A stretch of DNA of 64,000 nucleotides from Dehalococcoidia bacterium. Its GTDB lineage: Bacteria; Chloroflexota; Dehalococcoidia; Plut-88900. The position numbers were made by a program, and so were the translations under genes. The notes under the pieces were generated by a model. The model ran no database searches. It had not been told where the DNA came from and saw only the letters and a list, made by a program, of their open reading frames with translations. The first letter of the stretch is position 1. Each line of letters starts with the position of its first letter. Location of the stretch: positions 2,624,001-2,688,000 of the forward strand of contig OZ240219.1 in the NCBI GenBank assembly GCA_965197645.1, in the 5' to 3' direction. Shown here piece after piece: positions 1-9,128 of this stretch.

Positions 1-1
1 G

Positions 2-520
2 CACGTCGGCAACGCCGGCACCAACATCGGCTCACTGCTTCACCCGGAGATAACCCTGCCGTCCTGGTGGGACTTCATCATCGGGCCCCTGGACACCGTC
101 GCCGCCTTCGTCAGCTTTTTCCAAGGCGCCGTCTTCGAACGCTTCCCCGATCTGAAGCTGATTGTCCTCGAATCGGACTGCGCCTGGATGCCGTGGCTCT
201 TGCACCGGATGGACGAGATGATGGACGTCATCGGGTTCACGACTCCGATGAAAATGCTGCCCGGCGAGTACTTCCAACGCCAGTGTTGGATCTCCATGGA
301 GCCGGAAGACAAACTGGCGTTGGACGCCGTCCAACACCTGGGCGCCGACAAGCTGGTCTGGGCCTACGACTACCCTCACTCCGACTCGGCCACCAACCCT
401 GTAGCCAACCTCACGTCCACCCTGAAAGACCTGCCCGAAGAGGACCGGCACAAGATCATCGGTGGCAACGCCATAGAGCTATACAAGCTGGAGCCAGTCC
501 CAAGAAGACGGACCTCTTAG
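2..520 (+). CDS. Amidohydrolase_2 family protein, 5'-truncated by the window edge
   Basis: Frame of ORF 188..520 is open back to base 2 (HVGNAGTN...GAVFERFPDLKLIVLESDCAWMPW); motif WAYDYPHSD; paralog of 58135..59310. Confidence 0.85.
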   Translation, partial: HVGNAGTNIGSLLHPEITLPSWWDFIIGPLDTVAAFVSFFQGAVFERFPDLKLIVLESDCAWMPWLLHRMDEMMDVIGFTTPMKMLPGEYFQRQCWISMEPEDKLALDAVQHLGADKLVWAYDYPHSDSATNPVANLTSTLKDLPEEDRHKIIGGNAIELYKLEPVPRRRTS

Positions 521-535
521 TCCCAACCAATTCCT

Positions 536-752
536 GGGAGTCCAGAGGGCTTCCCTCTGGCAGGGGGCTTGGGGGATGTGCCCCTAGATATCAAACGCAC
601 CAGGGTGGCTGGGAGGGCAAACCCAACCCAGCGGCGTGGGGAGCTGTCGGATGCAATGCGGGGAGTCCAGAGGGTTTCCCTCTGGCAGGGGGCCTGGGGG
701 ATGTGCCCCCAGATATTAAACGCCCCAGGGTGGGCGGGTGGGAAAACCAACC
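536..752 (+). repeat. Two tandem ~92-nt REP-like palindromic elements (family A; 536-628 and 661-752)
   Basis: Both read GGGAGTCCAGAGGG(c/t)TTCCCTCTGGCAGGGGGC(t/c)TGGGGGATGTGCCCC(t/c)AGATAT(c/t)AAACGC(a/c)CCAGGGTGG; located between convergent genes; third copy at 42218. Confidence 0.85.
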
Positions 753-807
753 TGGGGTGGGAGTATTCGCTGGTGGCGTAACGGGATGGGAAAGCCGATG
801 GTAGAGG

Positions 808-2379
808 CTAGTTGCGACCGCGACGCAGTGCCCTACCTGCCAGGGTGCCGTTGTGCTCACCCTGGTCCACCACCACCTTGCCGTTGACGATAACGTACTC
901 AATGCCTACCGGGTACTGCTTGGGGTTATCCCTGGTGGCGGGAGTGCTCACCGTGTCCGGGTTGAAGACCACGATGTCGGCGTACATCCCGTCCCTCAGG
1001 ATCCCCCGGTCCTTCAGGCCCAGCCTCTGGGCTGCGAAGGAGGTCATCTTCCGTATGGCCTCGGGCAAATCGAGGTACTGCTCGTCTCGTACGAACTCGC
1101 CTAATATGACGGGGTAGGCCCCATAAGTGCGAGGGCTGGGGAAATCGCCCAGGAGCAGTGCGTCGGTGCCCACCATCGAAAGGGGGTGCTTGACGAACTT
1201 GTGAAGCGTCAGGGCGTTGGCCCCAGCCGATACAAAGGAGGTCTGCAGATCCTCATCCACCAGCAGGTCGCATATGGCGTCCACGGGGTCCTTTCCCATG
1301 GCCTCGGCCACGGCGGTTACGGACCGGCCCTCGTACTGTTGGTTGTGGGGTTTCTTGAAGTAGGTGAGCCACGTCTGGTCCCATCCCGCCGAGCGCGGAG
1401 CCATTTCCTGGCGGAGCCGCGACCGGGCCTCGGGGGATTTCAACACCTCCATCGTTCTCTCCGGCCCGCCGTCCTGGGCCCACTGGGGAATGACGATGAG
1501 CAGTCGAGTGCTCCCGTAGACGTAGGGGTAGGTATCGAAAGTGACGTCCAGCCCCTCCTCCCGGGATCCCTCGACCATCTCCAGCAACGATGGCGACGGG
1601 CCTCTCACCGGCACCCTGTGGTAGAGATGGGTGAGGTGGCAGGGAATCTCGCCCTCGCGCCCAATCTGTATCGCCTCCTTGTAGGGATCTAGGAACCGGT
1701 CGCCGAGGCTGTATCTGACGTGAGTGTGATAGATTCCGCCCAACCGGGCCGCCTCCCGGCTCAGCTCGATGAGCTCCGCGGTGTCTGCGTAGCTGCCCGG
1801 AGGATAATCGAGACCCGTGGATATGCCGAAGGCGCCCTCCTCCATGCCCTCTCTCAAAAGGGACTTCATGTGCTCCATGTGCTGGCCCGAGGCTTTCTGG
1901 TCCTCCCAGCCCATGGCGCAGATCCGCAGCGGAGAGTTGCCGATGATATAGGCCACGTTCACGGCCACCTTGTTATCGAACATCGAAAGATACTCGGCTA
2001 CCGTGGACCAGCGGCCCGGCAGCTGCGGTGTGCCGTCCAGGCCCGCGTTCAGCTGAACGAACCTGTCGAAGTCGTCCTGGTCGGTGAAAGGGGCGTAGGA
2101 GCAGCCATCGATGCCGATTAGCTCGGTGGTGATGCCCTGTCTGACCTTGGGGTGATGCTCCGGCTCGGTCAGGATGACCAGGCCAGAGTGAGCGTGCATA
2201 TCGATGAAGCCGGGCGATACGATGCAGCCTGTGGCATCGATGGTACGTGCCGGCTCAAGATGGGAAACGTCGCCCCTGAACACCTGGACCCGGTCGCCGT
2301 CCGCCCCCACCGATCCGTAGTACCAGGTGCTCCCGGTACCATCGATGATCTTTCCTCCGGTTATCAGCAGGTCAAGCAT
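808..2379 (-). CDS. N-acyl-D-amino-acid deacylase (D-aminoacylase) family amidohydrolase
   Basis: PGFIDMHAHS, QGITTE, GISTGLDYPPG, YHTHVR, SPRTYG, GIEYVIVNG motifs. Confidence 0.88.
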   Translation of the reverse strand: MLDLLITGGKIIDGTGSTWYYGSVGADGDRVQVFRGDVSHLEPARTIDATGCIVSPGFIDMHAHSGLVILTEPEHHPKVRQGITTELIGIDGCSYAPFTDQDDFDRFVQLNAGLDGTPQLPGRWSTVAEYLSMFDNKVAVNVAYIIGNSPLRICAMGWEDQKASGQHMEHMKSLLREGMEEGAFGISTGLDYPPGSYADTAELIELSREAARLGGIYHTHVRYSLGDRFLDPYKEAIQIGREGEIPCHLTHLYHRVPVRGPSPSLLEMVEGSREEGLDVTFDTYPYVYGSTRLLIVIPQWAQDGGPERTMEVLKSPEARSRLRQEMAPRSAGWDQTWLTYFKKPHNQQYEGRSVTAVAEAMGKDPVDAICDLLVDEDLQTSFVSAGANALTLHKFVKHPLSMVGTDALLLGDFPSPRTYGAYPVILGEFVRDEQYLDLPEAIRKMTSFAAQRLGLKDRGILRDGMYADIVVFNPDTVSTPATRDNPKQYPVGIEYVIVNGKVVVDQGEHNGTLAGRALRRGRN

Positions 2380-2504
2380 TTCGCGCCTCGCTATCGGGTT
2401 GGGTTCCTGGGCTGGATGAAAGCCACCTCACGTGGGGATGCCAGCCCCGGGTTCTCCCTCCTGAGCTCCTGCGATAGATCTCCCGGTTCTTCGAGGTCTA
2501 GGGC

Positions 2505-2939
2505 TTAGGAATCTGGAATGACGACCAGAGCGTTGCCGGTGACGGCCCTTCGACCCTCGTTGTTTTCGACGTAGAGGTCCACATCGACGCAGTTCTCCCC
2601 GTCCCGCACCTCTTTATCGGTGATCAGCCCCTTGCACTCGATGGCCTCTTCGTGGAGGACGGGGGCCCGAAAGATGACGTCGAGACGCTTCAGGGAGATG
2701 TTGGGCGCCCAATCGGTCACGAGCTGGGAGAGATAGGCCATGCTCATGATTCCCGGAATGATCAGGTCGGGCACTCCTTCCTGTCGGGCCGTCTCTGCAT
2801 CGGTAAACCGGCTGGGCCCATCGATGCCGTAGGCCCGGCAGAAGGCCTTGACCTGCTCCAGGGTGGGCTTCTTTTGCAGGGTGGGGATCTCGTCGCCCAC
2901 GTCGACTTCGTCGTAGTAGATGGGTTTGTCGCTATACAT
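2505..2939 (-). CDS. MaoC-like (hotdog-fold) dehydratase subunit
   Basis: YDEVDVGDEIP, A...GVPDLIIPG, FRAPV pattern. Confidence 0.8.
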   Translation of the reverse strand: MYSDKPIYYDEVDVGDEIPTLQKKPTLEQVKAFCRAYGIDGPSRFTDAETARQEGVPDLIIPGIMSMAYLSQLVTDWAPNISLKRLDVIFRAPVLHEEAIECKGLITDKEVRDGENCVDVDLYVENNEGRRAVTGNALVVIPDS

Positions 2940-2961
2940 AACGTTCCAAATAACCGATGTC

Positions 2962-3405
2962 CTAGTCTACCTTCCTTCGTACGTGGGACACGCCGGCGAT
3001 GGACACCAGCTCGCCCTCCTGATTTACAAACCTGTATTCCATGACGATGAACGCCATCGGCCCCGACCGACCGGTCTTCCGGTAGACCTCCTTGACCCGT
3101 GCCGTACATTTGAGGACGTCTCCGGGCCTGATGGGGCCTATTGGCTCCACCCACTGGCCGCCGAGGAAATCCACCCCTTCAAACTTCAGCCCCAGCTCTG
3201 CGGGTTCCAGCCACTCGGTGAAAAGGCCTACGAAAGCGGCAGGCGCCGAGAGGGCGTTGGATGCAGCGTCTACATACCGGGGATTGGTCTCTCCCACCCC
3301 GGATATGAAGTCCTCAAGCAGCTCCCTGGTAACCTCGAACTCGCCGATGGGGTACTCGTGTTCAAAGATATTCCGATTGAACTCCAAGGTCTCCTGCTGG
3401 GCCAC
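2962..3405 (-). CDS. MaoC dehydratase N-terminal-type (hotdog) partner subunit
   Basis: VGETNPRY, PIRPGDVL, KTGRSG, FVNQEGELV; GTG start at 3405 after GGGAG preferred to the ORF-track start at 3486. Confidence 0.78.
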   Translation of the reverse strand: MAQQETLEFNRNIFEHEYPIGEFEVTRELLEDFISGVGETNPRYVDAASNALSAPAAFVGLFTEWLEPAELGLKFEGVDFLGGQWVEPIGPIRPGDVLKCTARVKEVYRKTGRSGPMAFIVMEYRFVNQEGELVSIAGVSHVRRKVD

Positions 3406-3551
3406 GTGCTGCTCCCGTGTGTGGACTAGATGTGAGGGCTTGGTTGGTGTGAAGACGGGGACGCTATTTCCCGCTTTCTGCGGCATCGATGATACGCGCG
3501 ATAGCAGTCCTTGTCCAGGGTAACGCGTTCTTTGAGCCGGTCACATGCAGA

Positions 3552-3586
3552 GGGCCGCTGCCAACGTATTGGCAGCGGCCCATTTT
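3552..3586. terminator. Strong hairpin downstream of the LLM gene
   Basis: 13-bp perfect stem GGGCCGCTGCCAA-cgta-TTGGCAGCGGCCC. Confidence 0.6.
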
Positions 3587-3607
3587 AGGTCCGTTCGTTA
3601 CCGAGGT

Positions 3608-4843
3608 CTAGCCGGCGGCCACGGCCATCTGCTTCTTCTTCAGGGTCTCGGGCCACCAGTGGTTCTCCCACTCGTCGTCCCAGATGTCCTGAATCTTGGG
3701 CTTGACCTCTTTGGCAAACATCTCGATGTTCTTCTTCGTCAGCTCGTGGGGCATGGAACCGATGTGCAGCAGCACCATCAGGTTTCCCACCCGCAGCCTG
3801 CCTATGGCGTCCTTCAGCTGGTCCACCACGGACTCGGGGCTTCCACCGATGACGTACTGCCTGTCCACGAAGTCTTTGAAGGTCCAGTCTTTCCACTGGC
3901 CCTCCTCGCGGGACGTGCCGCCACCCAGCCTCTTCATGGTCGTGACCATGCTCTTGTAGTCCTGATAGCCCGGGGCAGCGGCGAAGTAGGGGGGCACGTA
4001 CATGCACTTGTCGTAGAAGTACTTGATGTGCTCCATGTACTCCTCCTCGGCCTTGGCGTCCGTCTCCGATACCACCACAAGTTGGAGGAATCCCAAGCGG
4101 TAGGGGTTGGCGTCCAGGCCGTTCTGCTCGACTCGTTCCCAGTACATGTCTGTGATCTTGTTTGCGTAGATGTTCCCGTAGTAGCTCAGGTAGCAGTAGC
4201 AGTACTCGTGCTCAGATACGAAGTCCCAGGTGCTGGCGCTGCCGCCACCGGGCACCCAGACAGGCGGATGAGGCTTCTGTATCGGCTTGGGCCAGGGATT
4301 GACATAGCGCAACTGGGTGTACTTGCCGTTGAAAGCGAAGATATCGTCTCGGGTCCAGGACTGGAGGATGAGGTCGTGGGCCTCCCGGTATCGCTCCCGC
4401 TGTTCGATGGGTGGGATGCCGTAGCCGAAGTTGGCGTCGGAGGAAGTTCCCAGAGGCATGCCGGCAACCAGGCGACCACCGCTGATGCAGTCCAGCATGG
4501 CGTACTCTTCGGACACGCGTATGGGGGGTTGGGTGGTGGGGAGGGTCGCACCCATTTGCACGATGGCGACGTCCTCGGTATCGCGGGCCATAACGGAACC
4601 CATCAGGTTGGGGTTGGGCATGAAGCCGTAGGCGTTCTGATGGTGCTCGTTGACGCAGATGCCGTCCATGCCCATCTTCGCACCGTAGACAAGCTCGTCC
4701 AGGGTCCAGTTGTAGTACTGGCCGACCCTCTCCGCATCGCCCAGCTCGTTCCACGGTGGAGTCACCCACACCGATTCGTATTTGTCTTCGAAGTCCGCAG
4801 GGAGGTCTCGGTAAGGCATCAGGTGGAACATAGATACCTTCAT
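3608..4843 (-). CDS. LLM-class (luciferase-like) flavin-dependent oxidoreductase
   Basis: VNEHHQNAYG, EEYAMLDCISGGRLVAG, PKPIQKPHPPVW. Confidence 0.92.
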   Translation of the reverse strand: MKVSMFHLMPYRDLPADFEDKYESVWVTPPWNELGDAERVGQYYNWTLDELVYGAKMGMDGICVNEHHQNAYGFMPNPNLMGSVMARDTEDVAIVQMGATLPTTQPPIRVSEEYAMLDCISGGRLVAGMPLGTSSDANFGYGIPPIEQRERYREAHDLILQSWTRDDIFAFNGKYTQLRYVNPWPKPIQKPHPPVWVPGGGSASTWDFVSEHEYCYCYLSYYGNIYANKITDMYWERVEQNGLDANPYRLGFLQLVVVSETDAKAEEEYMEHIKYFYDKCMYVPPYFAAAPGYQDYKSMVTTMKRLGGGTSREEGQWKDWTFKDFVDRQYVIGGSPESVVDQLKDAIGRLRVGNLMVLLHIGSMPHELTKKNIEMFAKEVKPKIQDIWDDEWENHWWPETLKKKQMAVAAG

Positions 4844-4970
4844 TGGTGCACTCCTTCCTAACGCTCAGTGGTCCGTTCCGCCAAACTGGGATAAAGGGTA
4901 CACCCAAAAACATGGGTAGTCCAGAGCAGCGGAGAGCCGGCCGGGATGGATGTTCGAGAGAAACTCGGGG

Positions 4971-5549
4971 CTAATCCAATATCTTTACGATGTAGCGGGT
5001 TACCAGCCTGTAGCCCATGACGATAGCTGCTCCTCCGACTGCGCCGGTGAGGCCGATAATCGCCAGGCCGATGGTGCCGCCCAGAAAGGCGCCGATGACG
5101 GCGCCCAATACAACTCCCACCACGGCGCCCACGTAGGCCCTACCCAGACTCACGCCGAGCCCCATGAGAAACCCCAACACGATGCCAACCATCCCTCCAC
5201 ACACGAGACCCATGACCGCAATGGCGGCGGCGGTATGAACGGTGGAGTCCGGCCCCTCGAACAGCACGCCCAGGAGAGCCCCCAGCGCCGCGCCGGACAG
5301 CAGGCCCATTACCAGGCCCAGCACCAGGCCGATGGCCAGGCCGAGTAATCCCCTCAGGATGGTCTTTGCCGGGCCCCGACCGGATGAAGGTCGTGTCCAG
5401 AGGAGCCAGGGACTGGTCCCGGATTCGGAACATTCACGCATAGGGCAACAGGCCGTCGTCCTTGGGCGGGAGAGCTTCGCTAATTCTGCCGGATAGGTTA
5501 AAGTTATCATACTTGCGCCGAGGGATGTACTGTCAGCCGTCCCCTCCAT
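4971..5549 (-). CDS. Gly-rich (glycine-zipper-like) small membrane protein; start uncertain
   Basis: Long GxxxG-repeat hydrophobic helices in the C-terminal ~130 aa; the N-terminal part does not look coding. Confidence 0.55.
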   Translation of the reverse strand: MEGTADSTSLGASMITLTYPAELAKLSRPRTTACCPMRECSESGTSPWLLWTRPSSGRGPAKTILRGLLGLAIGLVLGLVMGLLSGAALGALLGVLFEGPDSTVHTAAAIAVMGLVCGGMVGIVLGFLMGLGVSLGRAYVGAVVGVVLGAVIGAFLGGTIGLAIIGLTGAVGGAAIVMGYRLVTRYIVKILD

Positions 5550-5648
5550 CGGTTAGAGTCATCAGGCAATGAACTCTCAAGTACGGCTGTTTTGTCTTGG
5601 CCTGCGTTGTAACCATTAGGACAAGCATCGGACAACAGGTGTCAGCAC

Positions 5649-7247
5649 ATGAAACTTCGTAAGACCAGGATCAGGTGGGTCGTCATCGCTATGGTGGCGG
5701 CCCTCGGTATTGCCGTAGTTGGATGCAGTACCGGACCGGGAGATGACCTCAGTCCCACCTCGACGTTGGAGCCAGCTGCGGCTACTCCTACGCCTACGCC
5801 AACCCCGTCGCCGGCTGCGACCATGGAGCCGGCAGCCGCCGAAACCCCAGCTCCTGTTACAACGTCGGTTTATGACCCGGAAGACTTGATGTACCTACTG
5901 TTGCAGGCGGGTATAGCCGGCGACGCCGCGCCGGCCGGCGCCGTTATTGGCTCCATACTAGAGGCTGGAGATCGGTCGTTCCTCCCCGTGTTTATCGATC
6001 TGCTACGCACGCCCACCAGCCAGGCCTCCTACAACTTCAACGTGAACGTCGTGCTTCCAGCGCTCCGGCAACTGAGCGGCCAGGACTTCGAGTATGACCC
6101 GAAGATATGGGGCGAATGGCTGGGCAGGCGGGATGACGTGACTACGCCTCCCGGATACGTGAGGTGGAAAGGTGTGGCGCTGTCCAGATTTGACCGGCGA
6201 TTTACCGATTTCTTCGCCGACAAGGAAACCAGAGGAAGTTTTCCTGAAAGCAAGGTGAAGCTGGACGTCACCCAGATAAACTGGGGCGGCGTGCTTAAGG
6301 ACGATGGATCAGGACAGAGTATCCCGTCCTTGGTCAACCCGGCCATGACCACCCCCGAAGAGGCTACCTATCTCGTAGAAGAGGACAGGGTCTTTGGAGT
6401 GTCTATCAACGGTGACCACAGGGCCTATCCCCTTCGCATAATGAACTGGCACGAGATGGCCAACGACGTCGTCGGTGGACAGCCCGTAGCCCTGGCCTAC
6501 TGCACCTTGTGTGGAGCGGGCATCCTCTTCGATACGATAGTCGATGACTCCGTTATCATCTTCCGGACCTCGGGACTGCTATACATCAGCAACAAGTTGA
6601 TGTATGACCTGGATACCAACACCCTGTGGAACCAGTTCACCGGCGAACCGGTGCTGGGCGAGCTGGCGGACAGCGGCATCGAGCTGGATGTGCTGCCGAT
6701 AACTTTGACCACCTGGGGCGAATGGCTAGCCGAACATCCCGATTCAGTGGTATTGGACATCAATACCGGCTACTCCCGGGACTACTCCTCCGAGGGGCAG
6801 CCGGGAGCAGCCTACAACGACTACTTCGCAAGGCCGGACACCTACTTCTCGGTGCCGGACACGGACGATCGGATGGAGATGAAGGCCCCGGTGTACGGCC
6901 TGGAGCTATACGGCGAAACCCGAGCCTACCCTATAGAGGCCCTGCAACAGACCCCCGTAGTCAACGATACTGTGGGGGGAGCCGACGTGGTCCTGGTGGC
7001 GGAACAGGGCACCCAGGGCGTGCGGGTCTACGAAAGAGATGGACGGACCTTCAGTCTCGATCTCGCGGATTCAACGGGCAGCACGCTCCTAGATGAAGAG
7101 GGCGTTGCCTGGAACATTTCCGAGGAGGCTCTCATTAACGCCTCCGATCCGGAGATGCAACTGACTAGGATCGGAGGACACGTGGCCTTCTGGTTCGGAT
7201 GGTTCGCCTTCCACCCGGAGACGACGGTTTACGGGGAAACTCCCTAG
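5649..7247 (+). CDS. DUF3179-family lipoprotein with a CxxC motif
   Basis: Lipobox VVGC, Pro/Thr linker, RAYPLRIMNWHEMAND, YCTLC, SGLLYISNKLMYD, FWFGWFAFHPET. Confidence 0.85.
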   Translation: MKLRKTRIRWVVIAMVAALGIAVVGCSTGPGDDLSPTSTLEPAAATPTPTPTPSPAATMEPAAAETPAPVTTSVYDPEDLMYLLLQAGIAGDAAPAGAVIGSILEAGDRSFLPVFIDLLRTPTSQASYNFNVNVVLPALRQLSGQDFEYDPKIWGEWLGRRDDVTTPPGYVRWKGVALSRFDRRFTDFFADKETRGSFPESKVKLDVTQINWGGVLKDDGSGQSIPSLVNPAMTTPEEATYLVEEDRVFGVSINGDHRAYPLRIMNWHEMANDVVGGQPVALAYCTLCGAGILFDTIVDDSVIIFRTSGLLYISNKLMYDLDTNTLWNQFTGEPVLGELADSGIELDVLPITLTTWGEWLAEHPDSVVLDINTGYSRDYSSEGQPGAAYNDYFARPDTYFSVPDTDDRMEMKAPVYGLELYGETRAYPIEALQQTPVVNDTVGGADVVLVAEQGTQGVRVYERDGRTFSLDLADSTGSTLLDEEGVAWNISEEALINASDPEMQLTRIGGHVAFWFGWFAFHPETTVYGETP

Positions 7248-7272
7248 CGAGGCTAGGACTGCCCCAGCGTGG

Positions 7273-8205
7273 CTAGGATCGGTAGTAGACTGCCCTGCTG
7301 AGTCTACGTTCCAGGTTGGCGCTGACCTCCTCCACCAGGGAAGCGGTGAATTTGGAGGCGATCCGCTGAAGCAGGGGGCGGTGGGGTCGGGCGTAGGCTA
7401 CTCGCTTTTCGACGTTGCCCAGCTTCGAGGCCAGATCCAGAGCGGTCTCCATGTCTCCCAGCTCGTCAACAAGGCCATTCTCGCGGGCCTGTTTGCCCGT
7501 GTAAATCTCGCCGGTGGCCAGCTCCCGCACCTCGTCTACCGACAGGTTGCGATGAGCAGCGACCAACTCTACGAAATCATCAAAGAACTGGGTCACCAGC
7601 TCTTTCTGCTTCTCCCGCTCCTCGTCGGTGGCGTCCCGGTAGAAGGCGCCCATGTCCTTGTAAGGGCCGCTCTTAGTCACCGTCATCTCGATCCCTATCC
7701 TGCTCAACAGGTCCTTCATAACTGGGTTGACGGAGATGACGCCGATGGACCCCACTATCGAGCCGGGCAGCGCGACGATCTTCGTGGCGGCGCAACTCAC
7801 CATGTATGCCCCCGAGGCGCCCAATCCCCTTACGAAAGCTATGACCGGCTTGTCGGCCGCCAATCTAGCCACCGACCGGTACAGATAGTCCGACGCCGGT
7901 GCCGAGCCTCCGGGCGAATCTATTTCGAGAACCACGGCCCTGACCCGTTTATCGACCCGCAGCGAATCGATCAAGTTAACATAATCGGAGGATTTTTGGC
8001 CTCCCTGTATCGGCCCGAAGAGCTCGACTACTGTGATACGGTCCTGCAGGGGTAGGGACGTCTTTCTGGCTGTCGACCTCACCGGGGCGGCTACTGTTGC
8101 GCTGGAGGTTTCAACTGTGCCGGAAAGCCTCTTATACAGATCGTAACCCAGCCCGGCCGCGACGGCGCCCACAGGAAGGATAACGGCTCCGTGCCATAGC
8201 TTCAT
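7273..8205 (-). CDS. sppA: Signal peptide peptidase SppA (short 36K type, S49)
   Basis: IDSPGGS, ASGAY (catalytic Ser), GSIGV, KSGPYKD, GLVDELG. Confidence 0.92.
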   Translation of the reverse strand: MKLWHGAVILPVGAVAAGLGYDLYKRLSGTVETSSATVAAPVRSTARKTSLPLQDRITVVELFGPIQGGQKSSDYVNLIDSLRVDKRVRAVVLEIDSPGGSAPASDYLYRSVARLAADKPVIAFVRGLGASGAYMVSCAATKIVALPGSIVGSIGVISVNPVMKDLLSRIGIEMTVTKSGPYKDMGAFYRDATDEEREKQKELVTQFFDDFVELVAAHRNLSVDEVRELATGEIYTGKQARENGLVDELGDMETALDLASKLGNVEKRVAYARPHRPLLQRIASKFTASLVEEVSANLERRLSRAVYYRS

Positions 8206-8305
8206 ACTCGGTTTCCTCGTAGAGATGGAGATGAGGATATTATAGCAAAGGAGGGACGAGGGTTTTCAGCCGAGATCAGTTTCCCAAAGGGTATCGGAGA
8301 GGGGC

Positions 8306-9103
8306 TTACCGGCGGAGACCCCGGGTCACTGATAAGCTGATGAGAGCGCCCAGAGCAGCTCCTCCCAGGGTGAAGGCGAGCATCTCCACCCCGCATCCGG
8401 TCCAGAAGGGGCCGGCGACCTTCTCAGGGCAGAAGAAAACCTTCGCCAGTACCGAGCCGGCCACCGCAAGTATGGCCATTAGCAGCATCGACCTCAGGAG
8501 CCGCTCGACGGTCCAGTGCAGGAAGCCTTGGCGAAGCCCCCACCGGTTCAACCGCCACGCCCCGTACGGGTGTAGAGCTATTTGATCTGCGGTAACGCCG
8601 GCATCCGACGGGAGCGGTGAGATGCGGGACCGTATGTCATCGATCGCCATCTGGGCAGCGACCTGGTGCTCAGTTGATGGTTTAGCGTCCGGTGCATACG
8701 TGGTCTCCACCCGACCGGAAGACGGCTCTTCTTCTGCGGGCGGCGTGGCCTCCGGCGCATCCGTGGTCTCCACCCGGTCGGGAGACGACTGTTTTTTCGC
8801 AGGCGCCTCGGGGCGTGGCACGGGTGGGCCTGCCGTGGGCGAGGGAGCCGGGGGCGGGCCTAACCTACCGCCGGCCGCCAGCATGTTGGCACTAACATCG
8901 TCTTGCGAGGCTTGGTCCTCGTTGGCCTGTCTTCTGTAAGCATCAGCCCTTGCCAGATAGGCTCGGCTACTGTTCGGGTCTGCTTCGATGGCCCGGGTGA
9001 AAAGCTCAATGGCCTCTTCCAGCTTACCCTGCCCAACGAGGTCTACCCCTTCATCGATCAGCTTGGTCGTCTCTGCCCGTCCCCAGTCTATGTCTGCCAT
9101 CAT
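8306..9103 (-). CDS. TPR-containing protein with Pro-rich linker and two C-terminal TM helices
   Basis: EEAIELFTRAIEADPNSSRAYLARADAY TPR; hydrophobic C-terminus. Confidence 0.7.
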   Translation of the reverse strand: MMADIDWGRAETTKLIDEGVDLVGQGKLEEAIELFTRAIEADPNSSRAYLARADAYRRQANEDQASQDDVSANMLAAGGRLGPPPAPSPTAGPPVPRPEAPAKKQSSPDRVETTDAPEATPPAEEEPSSGRVETTYAPDAKPSTEHQVAAQMAIDDIRSRISPLPSDAGVTADQIALHPYGAWRLNRWGLRQGFLHWTVERLLRSMLLMAILAVAGSVLAKVFFCPEKVAGPFWTGCGVEMLAFTLGGAALGALISLSVTRGLRR

Positions 9104-9128
9104 TCAATAGTAGCGGTTACGCAAAATA

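Noticed and set aside
536-752. CRISPR array
   Set aside because: Only two long imperfect units, no regular 25-45 nt repeat-spacer periodicity and no cas genes
3608-3640. LLM C-terminus KQMAVAAG resembling the tmRNA tag RQLAMAA
   Set aside because: It ends in Gly rather than a free Ala-Ala, and the match is too short to support a degron
3545-4861. Long antisense or alternate-frame ORFs (also 24221-25687, 30912-32165, 54560-56074, 58213-59343, 62277-63629)
   Set aside because: Shadows of recognisable genes, expected at high GC, with no recognisable motifs
6497-6515. Selenocysteine in the DUF3179 protein
   Set aside because: The motif is YCTLC encoded by TGC and TGT; there is no in-frame TGA
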